The notes beneath the pieces are model-generated. The model was not told where the DNA came from. It ran no database searches and worked only from the letters and a program-made list of their open reading frames with translations. This document shows, one piece after another, positions 25,230 to 40,900 of a stretch of 64,000 nucleotides of DNA. Position 1 is the first letter of the stretch, and each line of letters starts with the position of its first letter. The translations under genes were made by a program, and so were the position numbers. This DNA is from Ostrea edulis (taxonomy: Eukaryota). Location: NCBI RefSeq assembly GCF_947568905.1, contig NC_079171.1:16430001-16494000 (forward strand), in the 5' to 3' direction.

Positions 25230-25815
25230 CTAGATTTTAAAATTTATTATACGCAGAACATGCTCTCACATATCGAATCAATTGAGAAACATAAACGTAT
25301 GCAGGTGTTGTTATTTTGCCGTTAACATGTATGTTCAATAAAATATCGAAATATGAAGCAGATGTAGTAGATTCTGTGATAATTATGATAATTTTAGAAA
25401 TGTACACTAAATAAATAATTTCAATGCATTTCTATTTTTAAAAACAATTAACAACATTTCATTCAAATCTGAAAAATCGCAACTATTCTAAATTTTGGAC
25501 ACTTTATTTCAATTTTTAAAAATGTATATACTTTTTTCTAATTAGAATCTATTTGAATCTCCTTGCCATATGTTTTATTTATATTGAAATTTGGATTATC
25601 ATTCCGGAGAAAACACAATATGAAATGTCGTAAAAGTATTGGAAAATCATAATCAGAATTTATAGCCATTGGGTTATTTCATCGAAATTAAATGATAAAT
25701 GTCGTAAGGAGATTTTTAATAATTGATTATGTTTGCGAACTTACTTAAATCATCTCACTAAGCCAAATGAATACGTATTCATTATCATTCCGGCATTTAG
25801 AATTATCCATTAAAA

Positions 25816-25825
25816 GTCACGTGAT
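25816..25825. promoter_or_regulatory. E-box / CLEAR-like motif upstream of the RabX1-like gene
   Basis: GTCACGTGAT, a 9/10 match to GTCACGTGAC, about 140 bp before the ATG at 25966. Confidence 0.35.
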
Positions 25826-25965
25826 CGCAAAATGGTGGATGAACTTTCAGTTCCGTTATCATAATGACAGTTTGAACGTAGTAACGTTTTCCTGTTGCTG
25901 TAGTCTTTGGAGTATATTTTATAGTTTAAGGAGACTTAAAAGGATGAAGTGAAACAGGAAAAAAA

Positions 25966-28900
25966 ATGAAATCCATAGAGGCGAAAGTTGTCGTTCTAGG
26001 CTCTCAAGGTTGCTGTATATTCTAACGTTTCCTTTAATTGATAATATTTTTGGCTCAGTCTGTTTACCAACATTCAAATGTCAGTTTACCTTCTTCTATT
26101 TTATTTAAATGTTAATTAGTACTGAGACTAGTTCTCGCCAAATATATCATTGATTACGGACGAACTTCCGAATTTCAAGAATATCTCAATGTGTAATTTA
26201 AATTTCTTTATCCAGAAAAACTACACGAACAATGTCAAGCTGTTTTAAATATTCACAGTGAGAAAATGAGGAATAATATATGTTATATAATGATGGATAC
26301 AGTTTCCCAAGATCAAGGAAATTTTTATATAAAAAATCTAGGATGTTGCACAGTCCTGTTGGATAAACCCAGGAATTGACCCGCTGACTGGAAAACATTA
26401 ATTAAAATAATCAGTGATGCATGCAGATTTTATCATAGTTATGATATTAAGTTATGATAAAGCACACAATATTGGCATGAATTCTAAATGTAACAAATTA
26501 TGTGAACTATGAATTTTGTGAAATTATTTATGGAGTACTGTTGTATAACTTGGAGACATGCAGAGGATATATTTAGATATGTGTGATACAGAATCCTTCT
26601 ATTCTGAATTGGATATCATTGTAGTATTTATTAATTCAAGCTTTTCCTTTGATTTCAAGTTAAGGTTTTTAAATTTCTATTTAAATAGCCAAATCGGTTA
26701 AATTTTAGATTTTACATATATAATTAATAAAGTGCATTGTTTCTAATGGTCAGTTATGGAAATTCATAACTGATGAATCACTGATTGGTTTTTTAGGTCA
26801 CCCGAGGTACTAAAGTGACTTATTACTATTGGACTGTGTCGATCATCTGTTAACAATTGAAAGAAATAATTTTTAACATTTTCTTGATAACTACCATTCG
26901 ATTTCTCTTCAAATTTGGTATGAAGCATCTTTGGGACAAGGGGAATGTAAATTGTAATTTTCAGGACTTTTGCAGCTCTATAGGGCCTTTAGGGTGAGAC
27001 AAAAATTGACCAATGTTCAATATTTTCTTCTCTACAACTTCGCATATGCAAGAAAAACTAAATGCATATTCATGTAAAGCAGAAAGGCCTCTACCGAAAT
27101 TGTAAATTTCACGATCCCTAGAGATAGATTGTGTCCCTATGATGGGGGTCAGACTTGGCATATATGGCATTTATGTGTGAAACATTTAAAAAAAATCTTT
27201 AATGCTATTGATACGAAATTGAAATTAAATAGATATTTAGAAGGAACAGGTAGCCCTTTACCAAATTGTAAATTTCATAATCCCTGGGTAGGGGTTTTTG
27301 TTCCAGGGTGGGGCAAAATCATCATAGTTATTATTGTCTGAATCATCATAGTTATTATCAGTTGAAAGACTGACATGTTGTTGATATTGTAGCTGTGGGT
27401 AAGACTAGTGTCGTCATTCGTTATGTTGGAGGAATGTTCAGCAAGGCTGTCAGTCCTACTATCGGAGCTTCTTTTTTTACTTACAAACTGTGAGTATTTT
27501 ATATCAGTATGTATATTATCTCTTCAATTCTTTTGATATAATTCTCGTACAATATAGGCTATATGTAGATTTTGTCCTAAATTACAATATCATTTAATAA
27601 TATTTATTGCCTTGATGAAATTACGGCGATTTCAATTGGCTGAAAAATTTGTTTGATTTTTGCATAAAAGAAAACCCGATTTTGACTTTGTGTTGTGTAT
27701 TGATATGTAGTATGAATTTGAAAACAAAATCATGTTTTGTTATTTAAACTCAATGTTTTAAAATATTTAAATGATAAGAAATGAATCTTATAATTTTTTT
27801 TCTTGATGGTGGTATCATAGGGAAAATTGAACAGATAACTTTTTCATCAATATGCACACGCATTGATGAAGTTTTCTGTCCAATTTTCCCTATAATACCG
27901 CCATCAAGAAAAAAAATTATAAGATTCATTTCTTAATTCATAAAAAATCTATATAACTGGCCCAGTTTGACGAGCTGTTTGCACCAATTACATATATAGT
28001 ACTGTTGTATATAATTAGAATCTCACATTTAGCAACATATTACCAGGCATTGTGTATTGATTGTAAATGTCTATTCTGTCTTGGTTTTAATTTTCACTTC
28101 ACACATTCAAAATTTCATGAGACCTGGGCAGCACTTAAGATTGTAGTGACTAGCCTAGGGGCTAGGTATGGTGACTGAATTGTGCCATGTTACACTTTAT
28201 CGTCTTTTTGTTATTTCACGGCAAAAAGACAACAAAACGATATTTAGAGACTTTTTGTCCCGAAATAACAAAAAGACGACAAAGTTATGATATTAGTTAC
28301 TTTCTACTTCAAAATAATAAAAATACAACACATTGTAAAATGACACAAATCAGCCACCATACCTAGCCCCTAGACTAGCCGCTACGATCTTGAACATGCT
28401 CCTGGCCTGAATTTTTAGAAATAATCTTAAATCAAAACTTGGACTTAAGTCTGAGATTTTAATTTGACTGCTGAAAGAAAAGGAAACTCAAACTTAATTT
28501 TGAATTTTTTTCAAGAAATCTGAACCTGGATATTGTGAGAATTTTGGCATCTCTTTGTAAAATGTGCTATTTTAATAATAGCGAGCCTGCACAGAGGGCT
28601 GGCTCGTACTGTGTGCTCTAAGGACTGAAGAATCTGAGCTAAATCTGAATCTTTAGAAAGAAAAAAATTTGACAGCAATCCCAGAAGACCCTTGTCAAAT
28701 GGTGGAGATCTTGCAAAGTCACACCTAGGACTATGATTGTGAACTTACATGGATTATTATCCTGATCATGTGTTCTCCTAGCTCCAAAATACAGTGCGCC
28801 ATTAGGCCTAATGCTTAACACTACTAGTGCAATGTTGATGAAAGGCAGAATAAAACAATGTGTGATGTCATGTCTATGTTTTGACCTACGTCATAATAGG

Positions 28901-31900
28901 ATTGTGACAATGGCGGATCCAACAGGAGTTCTTTTATTGCAACAAAAAATCTTTGTTTATTTCGCATCAAAATAAAAACTGCTTAAATCTGTTTACCAAT
29001 TTGAATTCCATGGTACGTCCAGTAATGCAAACCATGATGACCCCCCCCCCCCCCCCGATAACCAACAATGCCACTTAACTATTCACGACTGAAAATTCAT
29101 TAATGGCATTAATTCTAGGCTTATGAATAAATCTCAATGTATCCTTGCAAGAACAGGGGAAGGTGGGAGGGCTCAAATATGTTGAATGCAAATCTTCAAA
29201 TTTTTATATGCTCACATTTTTTAACTTGAAATTTTAATTGTTTTTTAATTCATAGGTATTAATTGATATGTTTTATACACTCTTAAATTTATGTCATTTA
29301 CCTGTACATGTTTTTATTATATATAATCCTATACAGCAATTTAGAGTAATTTTACATTATATTTAGCACTTATTTATAAGACTTATATCATAATAATAAC
29401 AATTTAGTTTGTTTACATATAGGAAGATATTTTTTTTTAAAACTTTGTGGTTATGTAGCTGTGATTGCTCAAACGGTAGCACCGTCAGCATGTTAATCAA
29501 GATTTAAAATCATGTATGTCATGTAGGTGGTTTTAGCAATGTAACAGGAAGAAAAATAAGATATACAAGCACCCCGAAATGAAATTTTAATGAAAGTTTT
29601 CCATTGTCATTTGCAAAGAAGTATAAGCTGACAAGTCTTAGAGTTTTGCATTAACAAATCGTGGCAGATCAATTCTGAATTAGGTCCAAATGAAGTATGA
29701 TATTTGAAAGTATATTTTATTTTATTTGCACAGCGCTTTATACTGCAGTTTTGTGCATTCTCTGGTAAAGCGGTCCAAGCTATGGATACTCTTTTAGTCT
29801 TTTTTTTATGAGAGCTCCTTTAACTTCTTGCATTTTGAATTTAAACCAAGGTCATAAGCCAAGGACACAATGACTGGTCAAAAAAGTAAAAAACTTTTTC
29901 TGGGTCATAACTTCATAATAATATAGGGTTATTGAACTTATATTGGTGAATATTGGTTTGAGTTGGCTGTGAAAATGCACAAGCTTGCGAGTGCATTTTG
30001 ACAGCCAACGAGTGCCAATATTCACCAATATAACTTCAATAACCCTTTTATTATATAGCTAAAGTATTTAGTTGTTAAATTACATGTATATCCCTTTTCA
30101 CTCAAAATACTCCAAATAGACGAGAATTTATCAATATTGGCATCTAAGGTGAAAGTGTGCAATATCAGCATGCATTTCTTAACTGTTCAATATTAAACCC
30201 ATCATTTGGCTTGTTTATGTCATTACGGTAAGGTCAATATTGAACGTTCATACTCGGAATGTTTCGGGTGCACACAATTTACGCAATGCAAAGTTAGCAT
30301 TCAATAAATTCTCAGGATATTGAACGCTAAAATTCTCTAGATTTTACGCAGATTTTATAATAGACTATTTATTAGCTATATATTCACTTTTTGCGTAAGT
30401 GTTACTTATGATGATACAGCCTGTCATGAAAGTAAACACAGATCATGTGGCCAAAATTTAGGTTACTGGTAAAAAACCACAAGATAGAAATTATATCTGT
30501 ACAGACTAAAATTAATGATCATCGAATTTTATCACATAAACAGCAACATCTTGTCCATCATGTCACAGACTACCGGTTGTTTTCATTCTATTCTGCAATG
30601 TGGTTTGCAATGTCTACCTGTTCATTGGGTTTGCAATGTCAGCCTTTTTATGGGGTTTGAAAGAGACAATGCACCATCAATATGTAACACTGGGAATTTA
30701 AGATTTTTATACACCCGTCTTAAGAAGGGACGTATTATGGTATGGCGTTCATGTCCGTCCGTCTGTCCGTCCGTCTGTTAGCTTTTTCGTGTCCGAGCCG
30801 TAACTTAAATACTACAAGGCCTAGAATCATCAAACTTTGTCTGTAGATACATCTTGGGTAGAAGGTGTGTCGCACATTAAAACCAGGTCACTGTGACTTT
30901 TCATTCAGAAGATATGGCCATATATGGCAAAAACTTGTCCGGCTCATAACTTGAAAACTATTAGACCTAGATTCACCAAAATTGGTCAACTAATGCATCT
31001 TAGGTAGAAGGTGTGTCGCATCCTACTTTAAGGTCACTGTGACATTTAATTAAGGTGATATAAAAAAAAATGTTTTAATGGGTACAATCTATACTGTTAA
31101 CAATATGTGACGGGCGTATCATGTGCCGTGGCGGTGCACTTTATTTATTGTGTGATACTCGGGTGAACATGTGTATTAATTAAGGCCCATGCTTTTCTTG
31201 TATGTAAATCTACACCATGCATTCACCACTAGCTGAAGGACGAAATAATATGCCCAAAAGATGCTTATATATCAATGAAAAACCATTTTCCATTTCTTTC
31301 AGAACACTGAACAACTACAGGATGAAATTGCAAGTATGGGATACTGCTGGACAAGAGAGATTTAGATCAATGGTTAGTAAATGTATATATAGTAACACTA
31401 AATAAGACTGGACAGATAGTACTTATATAAATATACACTGTAGTAACACTAAATAAGACTGGACAGATAGTACAAATGTACTTGTATATATATAGTAACA
31501 CTAAATAAGACTGGACAGATAGTACTTATATAAATTAATATATAGTAACACTATTAACTAAATAAGACTGGACAGGTCAAGGATCGTACAATGTACTGTA
31601 ACAGCTAGTGGTTATTTATGCTGGGGGTTAAGTACGCGGTTTTTCCATGTCCAATATTACGCAAGGGGGAAAATACGTGATAATTGAATATAATATATAT
31701 TACATGTATATCAAATATTTATAACTATACGCTTGGGGAAAATTTACGCGCTTCTTACGTGAACGCATAATTAGTGTAAATTTTACTCATGTGTAAATAA
31801 CCACTTTTACAGTAGATATAGTAACACTAAATAAGACTGTACAGATATAACTTGTATATACGTATATATAAGTAACACTAAATAAGACTGGACAGATATA

Positions 31901-34900
31901 ACTTGTATATACATATATAGTAACACTAAATAAGACTGGACAGATATAACTTGTATATACGTATATAGTAACACTAAATAAAACTGGACAGATATAACTT
32001 GTATATACGTATATAGTAACACTAAATAAGACTGTACAGATATAACTTGTATATACGTATATAGTAACACTAAATAAGACTGTACAGATATAACTTGTAT
32101 ATACGTATATAGTAACACTAAATAAGACTGGACAGATATAACTTGTATATAGTAACACTAAATAAGACTGTACAGATATAACTTGTATATACGTATATAG
32201 TAACACTAAATAAAACTGTACAGATATAACTTGTATATAGTAACACTAAATAAGACTGGACAGATATAACTTGTATATACGTATATAGTAACACTAAATA
32301 AGACTGTACAGATATAACTTGTATATACGTATATAGTAACACTAAATAAAACTGTACAGATATAACTTGTATATACGTATATAGTAACACTAAATAAGAC
32401 TGTACAGATATAACTTGTATATACGTATGTAGTAACACTAAATAAGACTGTACAGATATAACTTGTATATACGTATATAGTAACACTAAATAAGACTGTA
32501 CAGATATAACTTGTATATACGTATATAGTAACACTAAATAAGATTGTACAGATATAACTTGTATATACGTATATAGTAACACTAAATAAGACTGTACAGA
32601 TATAACTTGTATATAGTAACACTAAATAAGACTGTACAGATATAACTTGTATATAGTAACACTAAATAAGACTGTACAGATATAACTTGTATATACGTAT
32701 GTAGTAACACTAAATAAGACTGGACAGATATAACTTGTATATATGTATATAGTAACACTAAATAAGACTGGACAGATATAAATTGTATATACGTATATAG
32801 TAACACTAAATAAGACTGGACAGATATAACTTGTATATAGTAACACTAAATAAGACTGTACAGATACAACTTGTATATACGTATATAGTAACACTAAATA
32901 AGACTGGACAGATATAACTTGTATATATGTATATAGTAACATTAAATAAGACTGTACAGATATAACTTGTATATACGTATATATATATATATAGTAACAC
33001 TAAATAAGACTGGACAGATATAACTTGTATATACGTATATAGTAACACTAAATAAGACTGGACAGATATAACTTGTATATACGTATATAGTAACACTAAA
33101 TAAGACTGTACAGATATAACTTGTATATATGTATATAATTCCAATGTTATTTATTACAATTGTTTTGATTGGACAAAAATAAAACTGAACAAGAGTTTAT
33201 ACAACAATAAATCCGAAAACGCGATGCATTCATACACGCCTGAAAACAAATAACATAGTGCGGGGAAACTATTCAAATTTTTGCAATTGTAAATAAAGTG
33301 AATGAATTGGAATTATAAGAATCAAACATTCTTTTTGAAGAATTTATCGACGTGTAAACTCCGGACACTTTACTCCCACATAAAAGTGCTTTGCACTTTT
33401 ATTCAGTTTGTGAGTAAAATGTCCGGAGCTTACTCATTAATAAATTCTTCAAAAAGAATGTTTAATCCTATAATATATAATAGTAACACTAAATAAGACT
33501 GGACAGATATAACTTTTATATACATATATATATATATATATATATAGTAACACTAAATAAGACTGGACAGATATAACTTGTATATACGTATATAGTAACA
33601 CTAAATAAGACTGTACAGATATAACTTGTATATACGTATATAGTAACACTAAATAAGATTGGACAGATATAACTTGTATATACATATATAGTAACACTAA
33701 ATAAGACTGTACAGGACAATGGTTACCGTAGCATATGTAGATAATAACATAGAAAAATAGGCTATTTTCCCAAAATGAGCAAAAGGTTGAAAAAATTCCG
33801 CTATCCTGTTATAAAAGGGTAGAATAGATATTGACCCAGGCATGTTAGTAGTTATGTTAATTATTAATTATCATGTATATGGATTATAAGTGACGATTTC
33901 TCTTTTCTTTGTACCATAGGCTCCCATGTACTACAGGAAGGCCAATGCAGCCATGTTGATTTATGATATTACGTCTGAGGACAGCTTTTACGATATCAAA
34001 GACTGGGTCAGCGGTATGTCAGATCATCCTTCATATCTGTAGTAAAAGTCAATGAAATTCTAAAATGATCTGGTATCTAATTATGTCTTGTGATCCTAAG
34101 AACATTTTTAGGTCCCCTGAGTCACTCAGGTGACCTATTGCTATTGGTCTGCGTGCGTCGTCCATTAACAACTTCTTCTCAGAAACTACTGAGCCAATCT
34201 TGACCAAATTTGGTTTGTAGCATCTGTAGGTGAAGGTAAATTGTAAATTTCGTGACCTTCCACCTTATGGGGCCTTAATTTTGGGGTAAAAACTGTAAAA
34301 TTGATGTATTTCTTTAAAAATCTTCTTCTTTACTCCTGGGCATCTAGCAGAGAAAGTTAGTATATAGTAATGATGAGCAAGGAAGCTTCTACCAAAATTG
34401 TAAATTTCATGACGGGGTAGGGGTTCTGACCCCAAGGTGGGGCCAAACTTGGTATATAGTGTTTATGGTTAAAACACTTAAAAACATCTTCTTTAGTGCT
34501 ATTGATACGAAATTGAAACTAAAAGGATATTTAGAAAGAGCATAAAATTAAATTGTAAATTTGATGAATCCAGGAGTAGGTGTTTTGGTATCAGAGTAGG
34601 GCCAAAATGGTCAGTTATTAAATGTTTGAACAATAGAAATTTTTAACTTTTTCTTGATAACTAGTAGGGGGACATAAACTGTAAATTTCAGGATTCCTGC
34701 ACAACTGGGGCCTTAGGTTGGGTCAAAAACTTTCCAAAATTTACCAATTTTCTAAAATCTTCTTCTCTACAACCGCACATGTTTAAGAAAAACTTAATGC
34801 ATAGTGATGTAGAGCAGAAAAGTCTCTACCAAAATTGTAAATTTGATAATCCCCAGGGTAGCGGTTCTGACCCCAGGGCAGGGCCAAACATACTATATAG

Positions 34901-37900
34901 TGTTTATGGGTAAAACACTAAAATAACATCTTCTTATATGATGAGACACAGGGTAGGGATTCTGACCCAAGGGTGGGGCCAAACTTGGTATATAGTATTT
35001 ATGTGTATGTTTGCTGATACTGTGTAAAATCTAAATGCATACTTAGGATAATAGCAGAAAAGGATGTACAAAAATGGTGTATTTCACAACCCAGGTTTTT
35101 GACTCTAGGATGGGTCCAAATTAGTTATATCTTTTAATGTTAATGCAGCTATTATATTATTTAAAGCCTTTTATCAATGTATGAACTTTTAAGGACATTG
35201 AAGTTTTAAGAACACATCTTGTTTTATACTGTTGCTGAACTTAGAATTTAGCTTAGATATATTCAGAAGAGGAATTTGTTTTGTAGATTTCATAGCCCTT
35301 GGGAGTAGTGATACTTTTTCACTAGTACTCAGGTGAACAATAAGGCCTTTGGGCCTCTTGTTAAAGAAAATGAGTGAGGTCTCCCTATTTGACATGACAA
35401 TGGATTGTGTTACAAGTCCACCAGCAGCAGGAAGCAAAACAATTCTACAAGATCTACCATCAGAAGCAGTTTCTGATCAAGTGCCAGCATGCCAGGCTCA
35501 CTTCCTCCCTCCCCATACTTCTTGTATTGTCAGATCACAGTAGTTTTAGGGCAGGCCCCCACCAGGACTATGCCCTGAGCCCACTGGGACTGCAATACAA
35601 CCCCCAGACACCCAGCCAATTATTGCCCCTCCCTCCCTAATGAATACTGTAGAATTATTAGAATTCATATTTACACAGAGTCATCCCTAATGAATACTGT
35701 AGAATTATTAGATTTGATATTTACACGAGTCATCCCTAATGAATACTGTAGAATTATTAGATTTGATATTTACACAGAGTCATCCCTAATGAATACTGTA
35801 GAATTATTAGATTTGATATTTACACAGAGTCATCCCTAATGAATACATTAACTGTAGAATTATAAGTTTCGTGATTCCGTGGTGTATTAGGAATGCAAGT
35901 TTGCATTTTTTCTCTGTAGTCTGGATCCTGTGATTCTATTGATATCACAACATGTGAAAAAACTACCTATGTTTTACTTAGTATATGATAAATGTGATTA
36001 CATCTGTATTTTCAGAATTGAAAAAGAATGTTGATACACCAATAGGTAAGGAATCCATGTTACACATAAAGTCCTGAAAGGATGATCATAGTGAAGTAAA
36101 TGTGGTTAATTGTCTGTGTCTACAGGTTCATAGTCTGTCTACAGGTTCATAGTCTGTCTACAGGTTCATAGACTGTGTCTACAGGTGACACAGGTTCATA
36201 GTCTGTGTCTACAGGTTCATGGTCTGTCTATAGGTTCATAGTCTGTCTACAGGTTCATAGTCTGTGTCTATAGGTTCATAGTCTGTCTACAGGTTCATAG
36301 TCTGTGTCTACAGGTTCATAGTCTGTGTGTACAAATACATGGTCTGTGTCTACAGGTGTCACAGGTCATAGTCTGTGTCTACAGGTTCATAGTCTGTCTA
36401 CAGATACATAGTTTGTCTACAGATACATAATCTGTGTGTACAGATACATAGTCTGTCTACAGATACATAGTCTGTGTCTACAGATACAAAGTCTGTCTAC
36501 TGATACATAGTCTTTGTCTACAGATACATAGTCTTTGTCTACAGATACATATACTGTCTATACAGATACATAGTCTGTGTCTACAGATACATATACTGTC
36601 TATACAGATACATAGTCTGTGTCTACAGATACATATACTGTCTATACAGATACATAGTCTGTGTCTACAATATGTGTCTACAGATACATAGTCTGTCTAC
36701 AGATACATAGTCTGTCTACAGATACATAGTCTGTCTACTGATACATAGTCTGTCTACAGATACATAGTCTTTGTCTACAGATACAAAGTCTGTCTACTGA
36801 TACATAGTCTGTCTACAGATACATAGTCTGTCTACAGATACATAGTCTTTGTCTACAGATACATAGTCTGTCTACTGATACATATTCTGTCTACAGATAC
36901 ATAATCTGTGTGTACAGATACATAGACTGTCTATACAGATACATAGTCTATGTTTATGGATACATAGTCTGCCTAAAAGCACATGTTCTGTAGACATTGA
37001 AGTATATTTTCTGTAGGCAGATAATCATATGTCTACATTCACATGTTCGTCTAAAAATACACAGTCACAGTAGCTAAGTGGTAGAGCGTTCGCTTTTTAA
37101 CCAGGAGGCCAAGAGTTTGAGTTCTGCTTGTGCCATGGCCGGGTCAAACCTTTGATGTAAATATAAGTAGTGATTGCTGCTTTACCAAACATTCGACGTT
37201 CAGAAGTGAGAATTTCAGGTCTTTTAGGTATGACCTTAAAAATGGATGTCCCGTCTTGTGACAGGCGTTGGACGTTAAAGAACTCTCACTGTTACAGCCC
37301 TGAGCGCTAAGCAGAGGTCTAAGTTTGTGTTACCTCACCTGCAGCTGGTGATGTCTCAGTGTGAGCGAAAAATTCTCAAAGGGATGTAGAACAAACAAAC
37401 AGATACATAATCTGCCTACAAGTGCATAGTCTGTTACTGAATCATGAACTTATGGATAGTACATAGTCTGTTACTGAATCATGAACTTATGGATAGTACA
37501 TAGTCTGTTACTGAATCATGAACTTATGGATAGTGCATAGTCTGTTACTGAATCATGAACTTATGGATAGTGCATAGTCTGTTACTGAATCATGAACTTA
37601 TGGATAGTGCATAGTCTGTTACTGAATCATGAACTTATGGATAGTACATAGTCTGTTACTGAATCATGAACTTATGGATAGTACATAGTCTGTTACTGAA
37701 TCATGAACTTATGGATAGTACATAGTCTGTTACTGAATCATGAACTTATGGATAGTACATAGTCTGTTACTGAATCATGAACTTATGGATAGTACATAGT
37801 CTGTTACTGAATCATGAACTTATGGATAGTACATAGTCTGTTACTGAATCATGAACTTATGGATAGTACATAGTCTGTTACTGAATCATGAACTTATGGA

Positions 37901-40900
37901 TAGTACATAGTGTTACTGAATCATGAACTTATGGATAAAGTGCTTTTTGTATATTACATATTGAACTATCTTTGTTGATTGCATATTTATACAGACTGCT
38001 GTGTCAGCATAACTTTATCAATGTTTTATGTCTTGCAGTGATCATTCTTTTAATATGTTTTGTTGTGATAAGAGTTTTATGTTTTGCTGTGATCAGAGTT
38101 TTATGTGTTGCTGTGATCAGAGTTTTATGTTTTTCAGTGATGTGTCTTGTGGGAAATAAGAGTGACCTTGAAGAGAGTAGACAAGTCAATGTCAAAGAAG
38201 CTCAAGAATATGCAGACTCCATTGGAGCTCTGTTCCATGAGACGTCAGCACTCAAAAACATAGGTACACAGATATTTTTATGGTTTCAGCAGATTTCTTT
38301 TGGTACAAAGTTGGAGACAAATTTTAAAAAATTGAAATCTGAATTTAAATATCTTAGTGGTGAGATACAAGTTTTTTTTTATGCCCGTCTTTAAACGGAA
38401 CATTTTATACATTTATGGCATGATAGTGATGAATATATGAGGATTTATTCACCCAAGGAAAATCATATTGCCCGAGTGGAATATAATTTTTCTTGGGTGA
38501 ATAAATCTTCATATCTTCCAAACATTCCTGCAATAAATTGTTTATTATACCAAAACAAAGTAAGGCTATAAAAATACATTTGAAATTGGAGTCCGCTCAT
38601 TTATATGTAGCTGAGATTGCCCTAATGGGAACACCGCACTGTCAACACATTAGAGGGTACAGACAACAAAATACAGTGATATGATAACCAGTTTTTGTAT
38701 TTCCATTCTCCTAGAATGCTGATTTACTTGCTTGTTTTTGTATCAACCAAAACCAGTCAATTTAAAGGTCAAGTACGGTGATTTTCCTAAAACTTGAGTT
38801 TTATACAGAAAAATGTCTGTCATACACTTATGGATTAATTTCCATGCCAATTTTGATAAAAATCACTTGGCGTTAATTACACGGCGCTATCAAACTTTTA
38901 CCTGAGCGATCGATAAATATGTTGTGACGTGAGTTATATTGCTCGTAGCTTATGACGTCATCTGAGACAACTTTCGATTGCATTGATAGGTTTTTATAGT
39001 GTTTACATAGAAAAGTCCTGTATTCATGGTACAATGCGCTGCTTTGAACTGCAAAGTAAAATCGGGACAGGGATTAAGTATGTTTCTTTTCCCAAAAGAC
39101 CCTAAATTTTGAAGAATTTGGACACTGAAACTGAAAAGAGACACTGAGATTTGTGACGAGCCACAAGGATCAGTGAGTGACACTTTTTAATTAACGAGGA
39201 TCAGATTCCCATCAACCCTGACACATCATCCTGTTTGACTCCAAACATAGTGCAAAGTGATATTACCTGGGCATCCTACAAAACAAGTGGAGAGATGTAT
39301 TTCAATTATAAAAAGCTCAACCCAAAAAGGGGGATGCAATCCATCCCTCTCTACATCCACCACTGAATGCATTGTATTCATTGGGTTTGTGATTGCACAT
39401 AAAAATTATGTCACCCATTACCTAGTTCGAATTGATTTTATTTCATTTATTAAATGAAATATCTTTCGAATATTGTCGTACTCGTCATTTCATTTCTTCA
39501 CTATATATATTTTGAAAAAATAAAATATAGTAAAAATGGAAGTGAATTCACTTTTTAAAAAACCATTTTGATAAACGTACCTTATTTATTGTGAGGTCAG
39601 TCCAATTTCCAAAGCTTTTTTTCCAAGTTCATTATGCAAACAGGTACAAGTTTTTCCTTTTCCTAATATGCTTTTAAGTAATTAATCCAATGAATCATTA
39701 AGGCAAAATTTCACACCTGAAAATGCTACAATTCGTTAACTTTGTGTCGTAATATTTCAATTTCGCATTTGACATGTGTTGTGAAGAAATTACATGTACA
39801 TTATACTAATAGGACTAATTTACATTTTATGATATTGTATCTACATGTAGATGTTTAAAAAGGGGGGGGGGTTACAAATAACATTGGGCACAATAAGTTT
39901 TTTTCTTTTGTCTTTTGTTCTTTTTTTCAAAAAGGCATTTTTCAATTAAATATATATCTAGCTAAACACATTTGAATCTGAATCTGATCAATCTCATACT
40001 AGTAAATCCCATAAAAAATACAAACGTGAGAGTAAATCTAGTTAAAATCAGATCCTAAAATACGCTCACAATCGCTACAATTGAGTATATGGCGAGTATC
40101 TATGAAGTCTGATTTTGAGTAGCCTAGATTGTATAAAATACAAAGGTTATCTTTTGATAGAACATTTTTTTCCAATATCATTCCCAATTTTCTATGGACT
40201 GGCCCGGTAAATAATTTCTAACTGAGATTCCAATGAGATATTTGTCGAACATATACATGTATATATCATATAAATATTACTATCTGATGGTTTCGAAATG
40301 GGTGCAGGTACAAACATTATAAAGGTTGAATCCCTAAACTCAAGTGTATCTACGGTATTTCACCGTCACTATCCACGGTGTTGCTAAAACTGGCAATTTC
40401 TCACAGAAATTAAAACGATGATATACAGGCGTAAACAACTACAATTGTCTCAAATGACATAATAAGAAAGGGCGACAATTCCTTCATTCGTTTCTATAAA
40501 CAACGATTTTTTAAATAGGTATTTTGCGCATTTACCTGGATTGAAAAAAGAATAAACACATCAATAAGCTTTTCAAAAGGAGTTTCAATAAATTATAAAC
40601 TTTATTTCCAAATCTATTTTTATTACACTTGACCTTTAACTGTGTATCAGAGACCCACATATTTTGTGCCTTACGAACAATGAAAGTACAATGACTTGGA
40701 CTTATTGTGATGTCACAACCTTGACGTAAAATTTATGGAAAATGCACTAGGCTGCCAAAGAGGTGAAATATGATGGAAAGACATAGTGTTTGAGAGCGAG
40801 ATATGAAGTTTTATCAGGGGGGGGGGGGGGGTACATGTTTTTCTATCTAACTCCTCCCACAGTTTTTGAGTGAGGACCTTATATTACAGAGTGTTTACAT

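Noticed and set aside
31787-33719. Many hydrophobic LLYTYIQVISVQSYLV ORFs
   Set aside because: AT-rich minisatellite inside a RabX1 intron, on the antisense strand.
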